Shown: positions 28,172-38,879 of the stretch, one piece after another
Position numbering within the stretch: position 1 is the stretch's first letter
Layout: each line of letters starts with the position of its first letter
Assembly (NCBI GenBank): GCA_038234075.1
Contig: JBBSUV010000001.1
Coordinates: 6,070 to 70,069 of the forward strand
DNA from: Flavobacteriales bacterium
GTDB lineage: Bacteria; Bacteroidota; Bacteroidia; Flavobacteriales_F; PHOS-HE28
Length of the DNA stretch: 64,000 nucleotides
Reading direction: 5' to 3'
Program-made: the position numbers and the translations under genes
Notes under the pieces: generated by a model
What the model was told of the DNA's origin: nothing
The model's input: only the letters and a program-made list of their open reading frames with translations
Databases searched by the model: none

Positions 28172-28723
28172 ATGAAGATCTATACACGCACCGGCGACAC
28201 CGGCCAGACCTCGCTGTTGAATGGAAAGCGTGTGCCCAAGGACAGTCTCCGTATCGAAACCTACGGCACCATTGACGAGCTGAACAGCCATATCGGCATG
28301 CTGCGCGACCTGCTCGATGGCAGTAACGCCGAGCTGCTCACCGACATCCAGGTGCGGTTGTTCGACACCGGCTCCACCTTGGCCGCTGGCGATGAGGCCA
28401 CCGTGGAAAAATTCAAGGTGCCGGTGATCCATGACGCGGATGTGGACGCGCTCGAGAAGGCCATGGACGGCTTTGATGCGGACCTGCCCACCATGCGGCA
28501 CTTCATTCTTCCCGGAGGACACCCTGCCGTTTCGCAGGCGCACATCTGTCGCACGGTCTGCCGTAGGGCGGAGCTTATGGCCATCCGTTTGGCAGCAGAA
28601 GAAGTCGTCCCGGCCATCACCATCCGCTACCTGAACCGCCTCAGCGACCTGCTCTTCATGCTCGCACGATGGACCGGCCACCGGCTCAACGTTCCGGAGA
28701 TCCAGTGGAAACCCCGGGGCTGA
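28172..28723 (+). CDS. Cob(I)yrinic acid a,c-diamide / cob(I)alamin adenosyltransferase (PduO type)
   Basis: MKIYTRTGDTGQTSLLNGKRV... is the PduO-type ATP:corrinoid adenosyltransferase N-terminal signature. 183 aa. Confidence 0.8.
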   Translation: MKIYTRTGDTGQTSLLNGKRVPKDSLRIETYGTIDELNSHIGMLRDLLDGSNAELLTDIQVRLFDTGSTLAAGDEATVEKFKVPVIHDADVDALEKAMDGFDADLPTMRHFILPGGHPAVSQAHICRTVCRRAELMAIRLAAEEVVPAITIRYLNRLSDLLFMLARWTGHRLNVPEIQWKPRG

Positions 28724-28806
28724 CCACATGAAACCCTTTACCATCGCGGCATTCCAAACCTTCATGGCACTCTGTTGGCCAGGTCGGCGAATGCTATCCC
28801 TATCCG

Positions 28807-28814
28807 GCTATATT
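28807..28814 (+). promoter_or_regulatory. Candidate Bacteroidota -7 promoter element TATATTTG upstream of the DUF2795 gene
   Basis: Exact TAnnTTTG match 39 nt upstream of the probable ATG at 28853. Confidence 0.4.
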
Positions 28815-28852
28815 TGCGGCCGATTTCAAAAAACCGTCTAAAGCGGGCTGAC

Positions 28853-29074
28853 ATGTACTGGACACTTGAACTTGCATCCTACCTCGAAGATGCCCCTTGG
28901 CCCGCCACCAAGGACGAACTCATTGATTTCGCCATGCGTACCGGCGCTCCACTCGAGGTGGTGGAGAACCTGCAAGGCATCGAGGATGACGAAGAGATCT
29001 TCGAAACCATCGAGGATATCTGGCCGGATTACCCAAGCAAGGAGGACTTCTTCTTCAACGAGGACGAATACTGA
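28853..29074 (+). CDS. DUF2795 domain protein
   Basis: MYWTLELASYLEDAPWPATKDELIDFA... matches the conserved start of the small Bacteroidota DUF2795 family. The ORF track start at 28775 is an upstream extension. Confidence 0.6.
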   Translation: MYWTLELASYLEDAPWPATKDELIDFAMRTGAPLEVVENLQGIEDDEEIFETIEDIWPDYPSKEDFFFNEDEY

Positions 29075-29095
29075 TCCCGAACAGCAACGTTTAAA

Positions 29096-29127
29096 GCCCT
29101 GCCTCTTCCGGCGGGGCTTTTTCGCGT
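29096..29127 (+). terminator. Rho-independent terminator after the DUF2795 gene
   Basis: aaagccctgcctcttccggcggggctttttcg: GC stem plus T5 run. Confidence 0.6.
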
Positions 29128-29242
29128 GAAATGGGCCGCACAGGCGTGGAGAAACACAAAACAGACCCATCTCTGCACCGTTCACCCTGACGATCCGGCA
29201 CATCCCTGCATTTCGGCACGTGTGTTGACGGCCCCTACCCGT

Positions 29243-29250
29243 TAACTTTG
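29243..29250 (+). promoter_or_regulatory. Candidate secA promoter -7 element TAACTTTG
   Basis: Matches TAnnTTTG, with a TTGAC 15 nt upstream. About 74 nt ahead of the secA ATG. Confidence 0.4.
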
Positions 29251-29323
29251 CCGACCTTTTCCGCTACGGCCCACCCTTCATCCACCGGGCGCCCCGCAGC
29301 TGCATCATTCGCACCTCCCTACC

Positions 29324-32300
29324 ATGATCGGTACCATCATCAAGAAAGTCTTTGGCGACAAGGCCACGCGCGACCTCAAGGAAGTGCAGCCTCTGGTCGA
29401 GAAGATCAAGGCTGAATTTCCCAAACTGCAGAGCCTGAGCAATGACGAACTACGCGGGAAGACCGTGTATTTCAAGGAACGCATCGCCGCGAAGATCGCC
29501 GACGAACAAGCGCGCATTGACCAGCTCCGCAAGGAGATCGAGGAGGATCCTAAAATGCTCATCGCCGAGCGCGAGAAACGTTACGAGGAGATCGACAAGC
29601 TGGAGGAAAAGACCTTGGGGCAGATCGAGGAAGTGCTGTTGGAAATTCTTCCCGAGGCGTTCGCCGTGATGAAAGAGACGGCAAAGCGCTTCACCGAGAA
29701 CAAAGAGATCACCGTAACGGCGAAGGACCTGGACCGCGAGATCGCAGCGAAACGGAACAGCGTGCGGATCGAAGTCGACAAGGCCATCTGGAACAATTCC
29801 TGGGACGCGGCCGGAACGCCGATCACATGGGACATGATCCACTATGATGTTCAGTTGATCGGCGGTGTTGCCCTGCACAAGGGCAAGATCGCGGAGATGA
29901 GCACCGGTGAGGGTAAAACGCTTGTGGCCACGCTGCCCATGTACCTCAACGCTCTCGCAGGGCGCGGCGTCCACTTGGTGACCGTGAACGACTACCTCGC
30001 CAAACGCGATAGCGAATGGATGGGGCCGTTGTACGAATTCCACGGCCTGCGTGTGGACTGCATCGACAAGCACGAGCCCAACGGCGCTGCTCGCCGACAG
30101 GCCTATATGGCCGACATCACCTTCGGGACCAACAACGAATTCGGCTTCGATTACCTACGCGACAACATGGCGCACGCGCCGAACGCGCTGGTGCAACGCA
30201 AGCATCACTACGCCATCATCGATGAAGTGGACAGCGTGCTGGTGGACGATGCCCGGACACCGCTCATCATCAGCGGCCCGACGCCGAAGGGTGAGATCCA
30301 CCAGTTCGATGAGTTCAAACCGCGCGTGGAGAAACTCTACAACGCCCAGCGACAGCTCATCACCAAGCTTCTATCCGAGGCGAAGGAACTGCTGAAGGAC
30401 GGTGCCTCGAAAGAGCAGACGGAGAAAGCCGGCCTCGCGCTTCTCCGCGCCCACCGTGGCCTGCCGAAGAACAACGCGTTGATCAAATTCCTTAGCGAAG
30501 GCGGTGTGCGCTCCCTTCTCCAAAAGACGGAGAGCCGCTACCTGCAGGATCAGCAGAAGGAGATGCCCTTTGTTGACCAGGAGATCTACTTCACGATCGA
30601 CGAGAAGCAGCACAGCATCGAGATGACCGAAAAGGGCCTCGACCTGATCAGCGGAGATGTGGACGACTCTCAATTCTTCATCCTCACCGACGTAGGAGGC
30701 GCGGTGGCGGAGATCGAGAAGAGCAATGCCTCCGTGGAGGAAAAAGCCAAACGCAAGGATGAGGTGCTACGCGACTTCGGCATCAAGAGCGAGCGCGTAC
30801 ACACCGTGAACCAGTTGATCCGCGCCTACGCCCTCTACGACAAGGACGTGGAGTATGTGGTGATGAACGACAAGGTGATGATCGTGGACGAGCAGACCGG
30901 CCGCATCATGGAAGGCCGGCGTTATAGCGACGGTTTGCACCAAGCTATCGAGAGCAAGGAAAAGGTGAAGGTGGAAGCCGCCACGCAGACCTATGCCACG
31001 GTGACCTTGCAGAACTATTTCCGAATGTACCACAAGCTCGCGGGCATGACCGGTACGGCAGAGACGGAAGCGCAGGAATTGTGGGACATCTACAAGCTGG
31101 ACGTGATGTCCATACCCACCAACCGGCCCATCGTGCGTAAGGATAACGAGGACATGGTCTTCAAGACCAAGCGCGAGAAATACACGGCGGTGATCGATGA
31201 GATCGTGAAGCTCCAGGAAGCTGGCCGGCCCGTGCTCGTCGGTACCACCAACGTGGAGGTGAGCGAGCTGATGGCCAAGATGTTGAAGATGCGCGGTATC
31301 AAGCACGATGTGTTGAACGCGAAGCAACACGCACGTGAGGCGGACATCGTGGCGCACGCAGGTTCCTCAGGCACCGTAACGATAGCCACCAACATGGCCG
31401 GTCGTGGTACGGACATCAAGCTGGGCACCGGTGTGAAGGAAGCAGGAGGCCTCGCGATCGTCGGCACGGAGAAGCATGAAAGCCGCCGTGTGGACCGCCA
31501 GTTGCGCGGTCGTTCCGGCCGTCAGGGCGATCCAGGTTCGTCACAGTTCTACATCTCGCTGGAGGACGACCTCATGCGGATGTTCGGCAGCGAGCGTATC
31601 GCGAAGCTGATGGACCGCATGGGCCTGAAGGAAGGCGAGGTGATCCAGCACAGCATGGTGACCCACAGCATCGAGCGGGCACAGAAGAAAGTGGAAGAGA
31701 ACAACTTCGGCATCCGGAAACGCTTGCTGGAGTATGACGACGTGATGAACAAGCAGCGGCAGGTGATCTACAAGCGTCGCCGCAACGCGCTCTTCGGCGA
31801 ACGCCTGAAGCTGGACGTGCTGAACATGTTCCACGATGTGGCGACCCTGATCACCGAGGAATTCCAGCCTGAAGGCGACTTCGAGGGCTTTCAATTGGAG
31901 CTTTTCCGCAGGCTCTTCATCGAGTCACCTGTGAATGAGGAGACCTTCAAGGGCGGCAAGGTCGGCGACATCGCTGACAAGGTCTTCGAGCAGGCTTTGG
32001 ATGCCTATAACCGCCGCGGACAGCAGATCGCTGGACAGGCCCTGCCCGTGATCGGTGACGTCTTCCTCAATCAAGGCAAGCAGTACGAGAACATCGTGGT
32101 GCCCATTACCAACGGCATCAAGACGATGCAGGTGGTGACGAACCTTGAGAAGGCTTACAAGACCGAAGGCAAGGATCTGATCGACAGCGTGGAGAAGTAC
32201 ATCACGCTGGCCATCATCGACAATGAGTGGAAAGAGCACCTGCGTGAGATGGACGACCTGCGCCGCGACGTGCAGAACGCCAGCATCGAGCAGAAGGACC

Positions 32301-32686
32301 CGCTGCTGATCTACAAGCTGGAGTCGTTCAAGCTTTTCGACGCGATGATCGACCGCATCAGTAACGAGGTGGTGGAATTCCTGGTACGCGCCGGCCTGCC
32401 CACCGCAGAGCCCGCCGTGCAGCAGGCCCCGGAACACAAGCCCACCCGCGAGGAGCAACGCATGCAGACGAGCCGTACCGAAGTGCCCGCATACGCAAGT
32501 GCCTCCACTGGCAGCGCCCCGCAACAAGCCCAGCGTCCTGCTCCATCAGGTGCGCAGCGCATGCCACCACCCCAAGGTCCACGCCAGCCGGTGCAGCCCG
32601 TGCGTGTGGAAAAGAAGGTGGGCCGCAACGACGCTTGCCCATGTGGTAGCGGGAAGAAGTTCAAGAACTGCCACGGGGCGAATTGA
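29324..32686 (+). CDS. secA: Preprotein translocase ATPase SecA
   Basis: 1120 aa. Walker [16 protein letters not shown]-like motor motifs and a C-terminal zinc-binding [14 protein letters not shown]. Confidence 0.95.
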   Translation: MIGTIIKKVFGDKATRDLKEVQPLVEKIKAEFPKLQSLSNDELRGKTVYFKERIAAKIADEQARIDQLRKEIEEDPKMLIAEREKRYEEIDKLEEKTLGQIEEVLLEILPEAFAVMKETAKRFTENKEITVTAKDLDREIAAKRNSVRIEVDKAIWNNSWDAAGTPITWDMIHYDVQLIGGVALHKGKIAEMSTGEGKTLVATLPMYLNALAGRGVHLVTVNDYLAKRDSEWMGPLYEFHGLRVDCIDKHEPNGAARRQAYMADITFGTNNEFGFDYLRDNMAHAPNALVQRKHHYAIIDEVDSVLVDDARTPLIISGPTPKGEIHQFDEFKPRVEKLYNAQRQLITKLLSEAKELLKDGASKEQTEKAGLALLRAHRGLPKNNALIKFLSEGGVRSLLQKTESRYLQDQQKEMPFVDQEIYFTIDEKQHSIEMTEKGLDLISGDVDDSQFFILTDVGGAVAEIEKSNASVEEKAKRKDEVLRDFGIKSERVHTVNQLIRAYALYDKDVEYVVMNDKVMIVDEQTGRIMEGRRYSDGLHQAIESKEKVKVEAATQTYATVTLQNYFRMYHKLAGMTGTAETEAQELWDIYKLDVMSIPTNRPIVRKDNEDMVFKTKREKYTAVIDEIVKLQEAGRPVLVGTTNVEVSELMAKMLKMRGIKHDVLNAKQHAREADIVAHAGSSGTVTIATNMAGRGTDIKLGTGVKEAGGLAIVGTEKHESRRVDRQLRGRSGRQGDPGSSQFYISLEDDLMRMFGSERIAKLMDRMGLKEGEVIQHSMVTHSIERAQKKVEENNFGIRKRLLEYDDVMNKQRQVIYKRRRNALFGERLKLDVLNMFHDVATLITEEFQPEGDFEGFQLELFRRLFIESPVNEETFKGGKVGDIADKVFEQALDAYNRRGQQIAGQALPVIGDVFLNQGKQYENIVVPITNGIKTMQVVTNLEKAYKTEGKDLIDSVEKYITLAIIDNEWKEHLREMDDLRRDVQNASIEQKDPLLIYKLESFKLFDAMIDRISNEVVEFLVRAGLPTAEPAVQQAPEHKPTREEQRMQTSRTEVPAYASASTGSAPQQAQRPAPSGAQRMPPPQGPRQPVQPVRVEKKVGRNDACPCGSGKKFKNCHGAN

Positions 32687-32805
32687 CCTGATCGATCACA
32701 ATGCTGAACGCCTCGGGAAGCCGGCGCGTTTTGGCATTTGGGTGTAAAGGCACAACTGTAATGACTTGCGCGCTTGGGTGATCCAACAGAAACCATTTGA
32801 ACGCC

Positions 32806-32830
32806 GAACGCCCCGGTCTCCCGGGGCGCT
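32806..32830. terminator. Convergent (bidirectional) hairpin terminator between secA and the TonB-C gene
   Basis: cgccccggtctcccggggcg: perfect 8-bp GC stem. Confidence 0.55.
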
Positions 32831-32857
32831 CAACCATTGGTGTATGTCGTTTGGTTC

Positions 32858-33550
32858 TTATTTCAGGGCCACGCGCATCTGCACGCGCACCGGTTGACCG
32901 TCCTGGACGCCAGCCTGCCAAGGGGGCAGGGAGCCGATCAACCCGGCGATCTGGTCGGCGGTCTGCGGGTCCTCCGCACCCATCACTTGCACCTCGGACA
33001 ATTTTCCGTCCTTCTCCACGATGAAGCTGGCCATCACATCGCCGTGTGTCTTGCCGACCTTGTCTCTGACGTAGCGCACCAAGGCCTTATCCCCTCCGGG
33101 ATATTGGGGCATCGTCTGCGCCAACGTGTATACGAGGTTGGTCAGCGGAGTGGCATCGTAGACCTTCTCTGCGAGCTCGCGCCCCCATTTGTCATGCCGC
33201 TCCCAAACTCCATCCTTCCTGCCTTTCGTGTAGTTCCCTTCGCTCTCCATCTTCCCGCTCGGGTAGTAGAAAACGAAATGGCCATCCGGAACGCGGAATC
33301 CTGCGTCCATGTAGCGTCCATCCGCCTTTAACACACCGTCCAAGGTGTAGATGTGTGCCAGAAAGCCTCCGTGGGCATCCTGTCCGTCAGGCTCCAGATA
33401 GTAAGCCGCCCGGGCCTTGGAGGAAGGCACCAGCACGTCGTCCAAATAACTCCTTTGGGCATTGACCGTGCCAACAGTAAGGCTGGCCAAGAGCGTGGTG
33501 AGGAGAAGAAGGGGCATGGGCGTGTTCACGGTAAATTCAATTCTGGACAT
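32858..33550 (-). CDS. Secreted protein with a C-terminal TonB-like domain
   Basis: Signal peptide (PMPLLLLTTLLASLTVGTVNAQ). The C-terminal YPGGDKALVRYVRDKV... resembles the TonB C-terminal domain. 230 aa. Confidence 0.5.
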   Translation of the reverse strand: MSRIEFTVNTPMPLLLLTTLLASLTVGTVNAQRSYLDDVLVPSSKARAAYYLEPDGQDAHGGFLAHIYTLDGVLKADGRYMDAGFRVPDGHFVFYYPSGKMESEGNYTKGRKDGVWERHDKWGRELAEKVYDATPLTNLVYTLAQTMPQYPGGDKALVRYVRDKVGKTHGDVMASFIVEKDGKLSEVQVMGAEDPQTADQIAGLIGSLPPWQAGVQDGQPVRVQMRVALK

Positions 33551-33648
33551 TGGTACGGCTCCTATAACACCAAGGTTGCGATCAGCGGATCAGTCCGTTC
33601 CGAACCGAACGGGCATTAGCGTGTTCCTGTTGCTGACCCATTGACCCG

Positions 33649-34704
33649 ATGGCGAAGACCAACCTTCTAACCTTCACGCGCAAAGGTATTCACTGCCCTA
33701 TCGCGGACGTGTATATCGATCCTTGGCGTGGAGTGGATAGGGCCATCATCACGCATGCCCATAGCGATCATGCCCGGGGCGGAAGCGCGCATTATTTGGC
33801 CGACCCGATCACAAAGCGCTTGATGCACGCTCGTATCGATCCGGACCTTGAGATCGAAACGCTTTCATATGGGGAGTCACGTACGGTGAACGGCGTTCAC
33901 TTTTCCTTCCATCCAGCGGGTCATATACCAGGGAGCATCCAAGTGCGGGTGGAACATCAAGGCGAGGTGTGGGTGGCCTCCGGTGATTATAAACGCCAGT
34001 TGGATGGTATCAGTGTGCCCTTTGAAGTGGTTCCTTGCCACACGTTCATCACCGAATGCACGTTCGGGCTTCCCGTCTACCGCTGGAAGGAATCCAGTGA
34101 AGTATTTGATGAGATCAATTCATGGTGGCGGAACAATGCCGCTCGTGGGGTGTGCTCCGTGATCAGTGCGTACAGCTTGGGTAAGGCACAACGGGTGATG
34201 AAGGGGGTGGATGCGAGCATCGGGCCGATCTTGGTACATGGCGCAGTTGCTAACATGAATACCACGCTGGAGGAATGCGGTGTAGAGCTGCCTCCGTGGG
34301 AGCCGGTCCTGCGCGATACTGGCAAGGAGCGCTTCCGCCAAGCCTTGGTAGTCACTCCCGGCAGCGCCATTGGCACGGCGTGGACCAATAAAATGCGGCC
34401 ATTTTCCGCGGCCATGGCCAGTGGCTGGATGCAGCTTCGTGGGCGTAGGCGCAGAGGGAACATGGACAAAGGGTTCGTGCTGAGCGACCATGCTGATTGG
34501 GATGACCTATTACGTACCGTGAAAGAGACCGGTGCCGAACGCGTGATAGCGACACACGGCTACACGGACCTCTTCAGTCAATACCTCCGGAGCATTGGCT
34601 TGAACGCGACCGTGGAGCATACCGAATTCGTCGGTGAAAGCGGGGAGGAAACACCGGAACCCAAAGCTTCGGGAAAACCCGAAGAACAAGCCGACATAAG
34701 CTGA
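33649..34704 (+). CDS. Ligase-associated DNA damage response exonuclease (metallo-beta-lactamase fold)
   Basis: MBL motif ITHAHSDHARG and the HxHxDH region. First gene of the exonuclease-ligase-helicase-PdeM unit. Confidence 0.7.
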   Translation: MAKTNLLTFTRKGIHCPIADVYIDPWRGVDRAIITHAHSDHARGGSAHYLADPITKRLMHARIDPDLEIETLSYGESRTVNGVHFSFHPAGHIPGSIQVRVEHQGEVWVASGDYKRQLDGISVPFEVVPCHTFITECTFGLPVYRWKESSEVFDEINSWWRNNAARGVCSVISAYSLGKAQRVMKGVDASIGPILVHGAVANMNTTLEECGVELPPWEPVLRDTGKERFRQALVVTPGSAIGTAWTNKMRPFSAAMASGWMQLRGRRRRGNMDKGFVLSDHADWDDLLRTVKETGAERVIATHGYTDLFSQYLRSIGLNATVEHTEFVGESGEETPEPKASGKPEEQADIS

Positions 34705-36314
34705 TGGAACGGGAAGCACAGCTCTTTGACGAACTTGACTCCACCACCGGCACCAATGCCAAGGTGGATGCCTTAGCGCGCTATTTCGCGGAAGCGGAGG
34801 ACACCGACAAAGTTTGGGTGATCGCCTTGCTCAGCGGACGGCGACCCAAGCGGCCCGTGAACAGCACACTTTTGCGGCAGTGGGCTGGTGAGGTAGCAGA
34901 CATTCCGGCGTGGCTCTTCGAGGCCAGCTATCACGTGTTGGGCGATCTGGCTGAAACAGTGAGCCATATCGCTACCCTGAAGGAACCGATCGGGAAGAGC
35001 TTGACCGAATGGGTACATTACGTGGAGGAGCTGCGTACATGCAGTGAAGAGGAAAAGTCGCAACGGGTAAAAGCGGCTTGGGCCGGGCTCGATGGCATGG
35101 AGCTTTTCGTCTTCAACAAGATCATAACGGGCGGCTTCCGCATCGGTGTGAGCCAGAAGATCATGGTGAAAGGCCTGAGCCGTGCCACGGACATTCCCGA
35201 GGACACGCTCGCCCACCGCTTGATGGGAAATTGGGACCCGCATGAAACGAGTTACACGGACCTCGTACTGGAGGAGGAACACGGGGAACGCCACTCCCGG
35301 CCCTACCCTTTCTACTTGGCCTACGGCATTGAAGGTGAGACCGGACGCGCAGCCGGTGCTGGACTGGAACAGCTATCAGCCTTGGGAGATCCGAATGAAT
35401 GGCAGGCGGAGTACAAGTGGGATGGCATTCGGGGACAGCTGATCGTGAGGAATGGCCAATATCATGTATGGAGCCGTGGCGAGGAGCTGGTGACGGACAA
35501 GTATCCGGAGTTCGCATCCTTGCGCACGTCCTTACCGAATGGCACCGTCCTGGACGGAGAGATCCTAGGTTGGAAGGATGGCGTGCCGCTACCCTTCGCG
35601 GAGCTGCAGAAACGGATCGGGCGAAAATCAGTGGGCAAGAAGCTCTTGCTGGATGTCCCGGTGGTTTTCATGGCCTACGACCTGTTGGAAATGGCCGGCG
35701 TGGATATCCGGTTAAAACCGATGGAGGCACGCCAGAAACTCCTGGAAGACCGCGTTGCTCAGGCCGCTGATCCGCATCTCTTGATCTCCGAAGTAATTCC
35801 GTTCAAAACCTGGGAGGAACTCGTTTCCTTCCGTTCCGGGTCGCGATCGAATGCAGTGGAAGGCGTGATGTTGAAGCGTAAGAGCAGCATCTACGAAGTG
35901 GGAAGAAAACGAGGCGATTGGTGGAAGTGGAAAGTGGACCCGATGAGCGTTGATGCCGTGCTCACCTACAGCATGCAGGGCCATGGCCGTCGCGCGGACC
36001 TGTACACTGACCACACCTTCGGGCTCTGGCAGAACGGAGAGCTCGTCACTTTCGCGAAAGCCTATAGCGGGCTAACGGATGAGGAAATGCGCAAAGTGGA
36101 TGCCTTCGTGAAGAAGAACACGGTGGAACGTTTCGGTCCGGTGCGCCAAGTAACACCCGAATTGGTCTTTGAGATCGCCTTCGAAGGTGTGAGTGCGAGC
36201 AGCCGACATAAAAGTGGTGTTGCTGTCCGCTTTCCCCGCATTGTGCGTTGGCGCCACGATAAGCAGCCGAAGGATGCGAACAGCTTGGATGACCTGAAGG
36301 CCTTGGTGCTATGA
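34704..36314 (+). CDS. ATP-dependent DNA ligase (ligase-associated DNA damage response type)
   Basis: Adenylation motif I EYKWDGIRGQ (the K of KxDG) and an OB-fold C-terminus. Start overlaps the upstream stop (TGATG). Confidence 0.85.
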   Translation: MEREAQLFDELDSTTGTNAKVDALARYFAEAEDTDKVWVIALLSGRRPKRPVNSTLLRQWAGEVADIPAWLFEASYHVLGDLAETVSHIATLKEPIGKSLTEWVHYVEELRTCSEEEKSQRVKAAWAGLDGMELFVFNKIITGGFRIGVSQKIMVKGLSRATDIPEDTLAHRLMGNWDPHETSYTDLVLEEEHGERHSRPYPFYLAYGIEGETGRAAGAGLEQLSALGDPNEWQAEYKWDGIRGQLIVRNGQYHVWSRGEELVTDKYPEFASLRTSLPNGTVLDGEILGWKDGVPLPFAELQKRIGRKSVGKKLLLDVPVVFMAYDLLEMAGVDIRLKPMEARQKLLEDRVAQAADPHLLISEVIPFKTWEELVSFRSGSRSNAVEGVMLKRKSSIYEVGRKRGDWWKWKVDPMSVDAVLTYSMQGHGRRADLYTDHTFGLWQNGELVTFAKAYSGLTDEEMRKVDAFVKKNTVERFGPVRQVTPELVFEIAFEGVSASSRHKSGVAVRFPRIVRWRHDKQPKDANSLDDLKALVL

Positions 36315-38857
36315 CCGCTGACGGGAAAAAGTCAGTTGGGTCCCGAGCTCCGGCGATCAAGCCAAGTAATGGCGCGGAAACCTGGTTCGCTTCGCAAGGA
36401 TGGAAATCCCTACCCTTCCAGCGTGAAGTGTGGAAGCACATCGCGCAGGGGAAAAGCGGGTTGCTGAATGCGCCTACCGGCACTGGAAAGACCTATGCGG
36501 TGTGGGGTGGTGTGGTGAACATGGCGCTCAAGGAGAAGAAAGCGACCAGAGGTGCCGGCTTGCGCGCTATCTGGATCACACCCTTGCGGGCATTGGCGAA
36601 CGAGATCGCTGACAGTGCGCAGCGGATGTGCATCGGCACCGGCCTACCATGGACGGTAGGCACCCGCACAGGCGATACCAGCACCAAGGAACGGGCTGCG
36701 CAGAAGAAAAAGTTACCACAGCTCTTGGTCACCACGCCGGAAAGCTTGCACGTTCTTCTGGCCCAAAAGAACAGTAGTGACCTCTTCAAGGATCTGGATT
36801 GGTTCATCGCCGATGAGTGGCACGAACTCTTGGGGAGCAAGCGCGGGGTCCAGGTGGAACTTGCGCTGAGCCGGTTGAAAGGGTTGCGGCCTTCATTGAG
36901 CATTTGGGGGATCAGTGCCACCATTGGTAATCTGGAGGAAGCAAAGGATGTATTGCTGGGTCAAGGGAAACCGAGCGAAGAAGGCTCTTCAGCTGGAGAT
37001 CCAAGCCTGGGAAGCGTGAACGGAGTGCTTGTGCGCGCTGCGTTGCGGAAGAAGATCGAGATGCATACGATCATACCGGACCATGTGGAGAAATACCCAT
37101 GGGCCGGTCACTTGGGCCTGAAGCTGGCCAAACAGCTACTGCCCATCATAGCCGCCAGCACCAGCACCTTGATCTTCACCAACACCCGGTCGCAAGCAGA
37201 GACCTGGTACCATCACTTGCTGAAGATCGAACCGGACTTGGCGGGAACGATCGCGTTGCATCATGGCTCCTTGGACAGAAAGCTGCGGGAATGGGTGGAG
37301 CATGCGCTGGATGAGGGAAGGCTGAAGGCGGTGGTGTGCACCAGCAGCCTCGATCTGGGCGTGGACTTTCGCCCCGTGGCTACTGTGGTGCAAGTGGGCG
37401 GACCCAAGGGCGTGGCCCGATTCATCCAACGCGCAGGACGAAGTGGTCACCAACCCGATGCGGTTCCGTTGATCTGGTTCCTCCCGACGCATGCCTTGGA
37501 ATTGGTGGAGGCTGCGGCGCTGCGTGCGGCGATCGCCGACCCCAACGTGGAACCGCGACAACCCATGATCCGCTGTTTCGATGTGCTTGCTCAGTACTTG
37601 GTCACACTGGCCGTTGGTGATGGCTTTATACCCAAGCAGATCTTGGAGGAGGTCCGGTCCACCTTCTGTTTCCAGAGCATGAGCGACGATGAATGGGCTT
37701 GGATGATGACCTTCATCACCACCGGTGGAAAAAGCTTACTGGCCTATGATGAATTCCGGAAGTGCATCATCGGCGAGGATGGTGTGGTCCGTGTGGAGGA
37801 CCGTCGCATGGCGTTGCGGCATCGGATGAGCATCGGCACCATTGTCAGTGGTGCGAGCTTATCGGTGAAGTACATGAGCGGCGGCTTCATCGGCACGATC
37901 GAGGAAAGCTTCCTCAATCAATTACGCCGGGGAGATGTGTTCTGGTTCGCTGGGCGCCCGTTGGAATTCCTCCAAGTGAAAGGGTTGACTGCGTATGTGG
38001 CCCGAAGCAAGGCCACAAAGGGTCGGATCCCCAGTTGGCAAGGAGCGCGCATGCCGCTGAGCAGCCAAATGGCCTGGATCCTGCGCAATCAGTTCGCTCA
38101 TGCTTTACCGGAAAAGGGGTCGCAACCGAGATCAGGCATTGCACCCGAACTAGTAGCCGTACGACCATTGATCGAACGGCAAATGCGGGACAGCATCGTG
38201 CCCGCAGATGATGAGCTTCTGATCGAACGTTTCAAGAGCCGCGCTGGCCATCATGTGGTGATCTATCCCTTTGAAGGACGTGTGGTGCATGAGGCCCTAG
38301 CCGCATTGCTTGCCTTCCGGATGAGCCTCCTCCGGCCGATCACCTTCACCATGGCCATGAACGATCTGGGCTTCGAGCTCCTCAGTGACCAGCCTATACC
38401 GATAGAGGAAGCGTTGGACAATGATCTGTTCAGCGATGCACACTTGCTCGACGATCTGCAGCGCAGCCTGAACGCTACGGAATTGGCCAAACGCCGTTTC
38501 CGGGATATTGCCAAGATCGCGGGCCTCGTCTTCGAAGGCTTTCCTGGCAGGCATATGAAGGAGCGGCATGTGCGCGGCAACAGTTCGTTGTTCTTCGAAG
38601 TGTTCAGCGAGCATGAACCCGACCACCTTCTCCTGCGCCAAGCCTATGATGAGGCGTTCAACCTTCAACTCGACCTACCCCGCCTGCACGCCGTCCTGCA
38701 GCGCATCGCCAACCAACGCATCATCGTGAAGGATCCCGGCCGGTTCACGCCTTTCGCCTTTCCGATCGTGGTGGACCGCCTGAGCGGAATGAACCTGACC
38801 AGCGAACAGGTGGAAGATCGCATTCGCAAAATGACGGAGAACTTGGAGAAGGGTTAG
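36311..38857 (+). CDS. Ligase-associated DNA damage response DEXH-box helicase (Lhr-like)
   Basis: Walker A APTGTGKTY, DEWHELLGSKRG (DExH) and helicase C-terminal motifs. 848 aa. ATGA overlap with the ligase gene. Confidence 0.85.
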   Translation: MTADGKKSVGSRAPAIKPSNGAETWFASQGWKSLPFQREVWKHIAQGKSGLLNAPTGTGKTYAVWGGVVNMALKEKKATRGAGLRAIWITPLRALANEIADSAQRMCIGTGLPWTVGTRTGDTSTKERAAQKKKLPQLLVTTPESLHVLLAQKNSSDLFKDLDWFIADEWHELLGSKRGVQVELALSRLKGLRPSLSIWGISATIGNLEEAKDVLLGQGKPSEEGSSAGDPSLGSVNGVLVRAALRKKIEMHTIIPDHVEKYPWAGHLGLKLAKQLLPIIAASTSTLIFTNTRSQAETWYHHLLKIEPDLAGTIALHHGSLDRKLREWVEHALDEGRLKAVVCTSSLDLGVDFRPVATVVQVGGPKGVARFIQRAGRSGHQPDAVPLIWFLPTHALELVEAAALRAAIADPNVEPRQPMIRCFDVLAQYLVTLAVGDGFIPKQILEEVRSTFCFQSMSDDEWAWMMTFITTGGKSLLAYDEFRKCIIGEDGVVRVEDRRMALRHRMSIGTIVSGASLSVKYMSGGFIGTIEESFLNQLRRGDVFWFAGRPLEFLQVKGLTAYVARSKATKGRIPSWQGARMPLSSQMAWILRNQFAHALPEKGSQPRSGIAPELVAVRPLIERQMRDSIVPADDELLIERFKSRAGHHVVIYPFEGRVVHEALAALLAFRMSLLRPITFTMAMNDLGFELLSDQPIPIEEALDNDLFSDAHLLDDLQRSLNATELAKRRFRDIAKIAGLVFEGFPGRHMKERHVRGNSSLFFEVFSEHEPDHLLLRQAYDEAFNLQLDLPRLHAVLQRIANQRIIVKDPGRFTPFAFPIVVDRLSGMNLTSEQVEDRIRKMTENLEKG

Positions 38858-38879
38858 CCCTTGCGCTTAGCTTCACACC

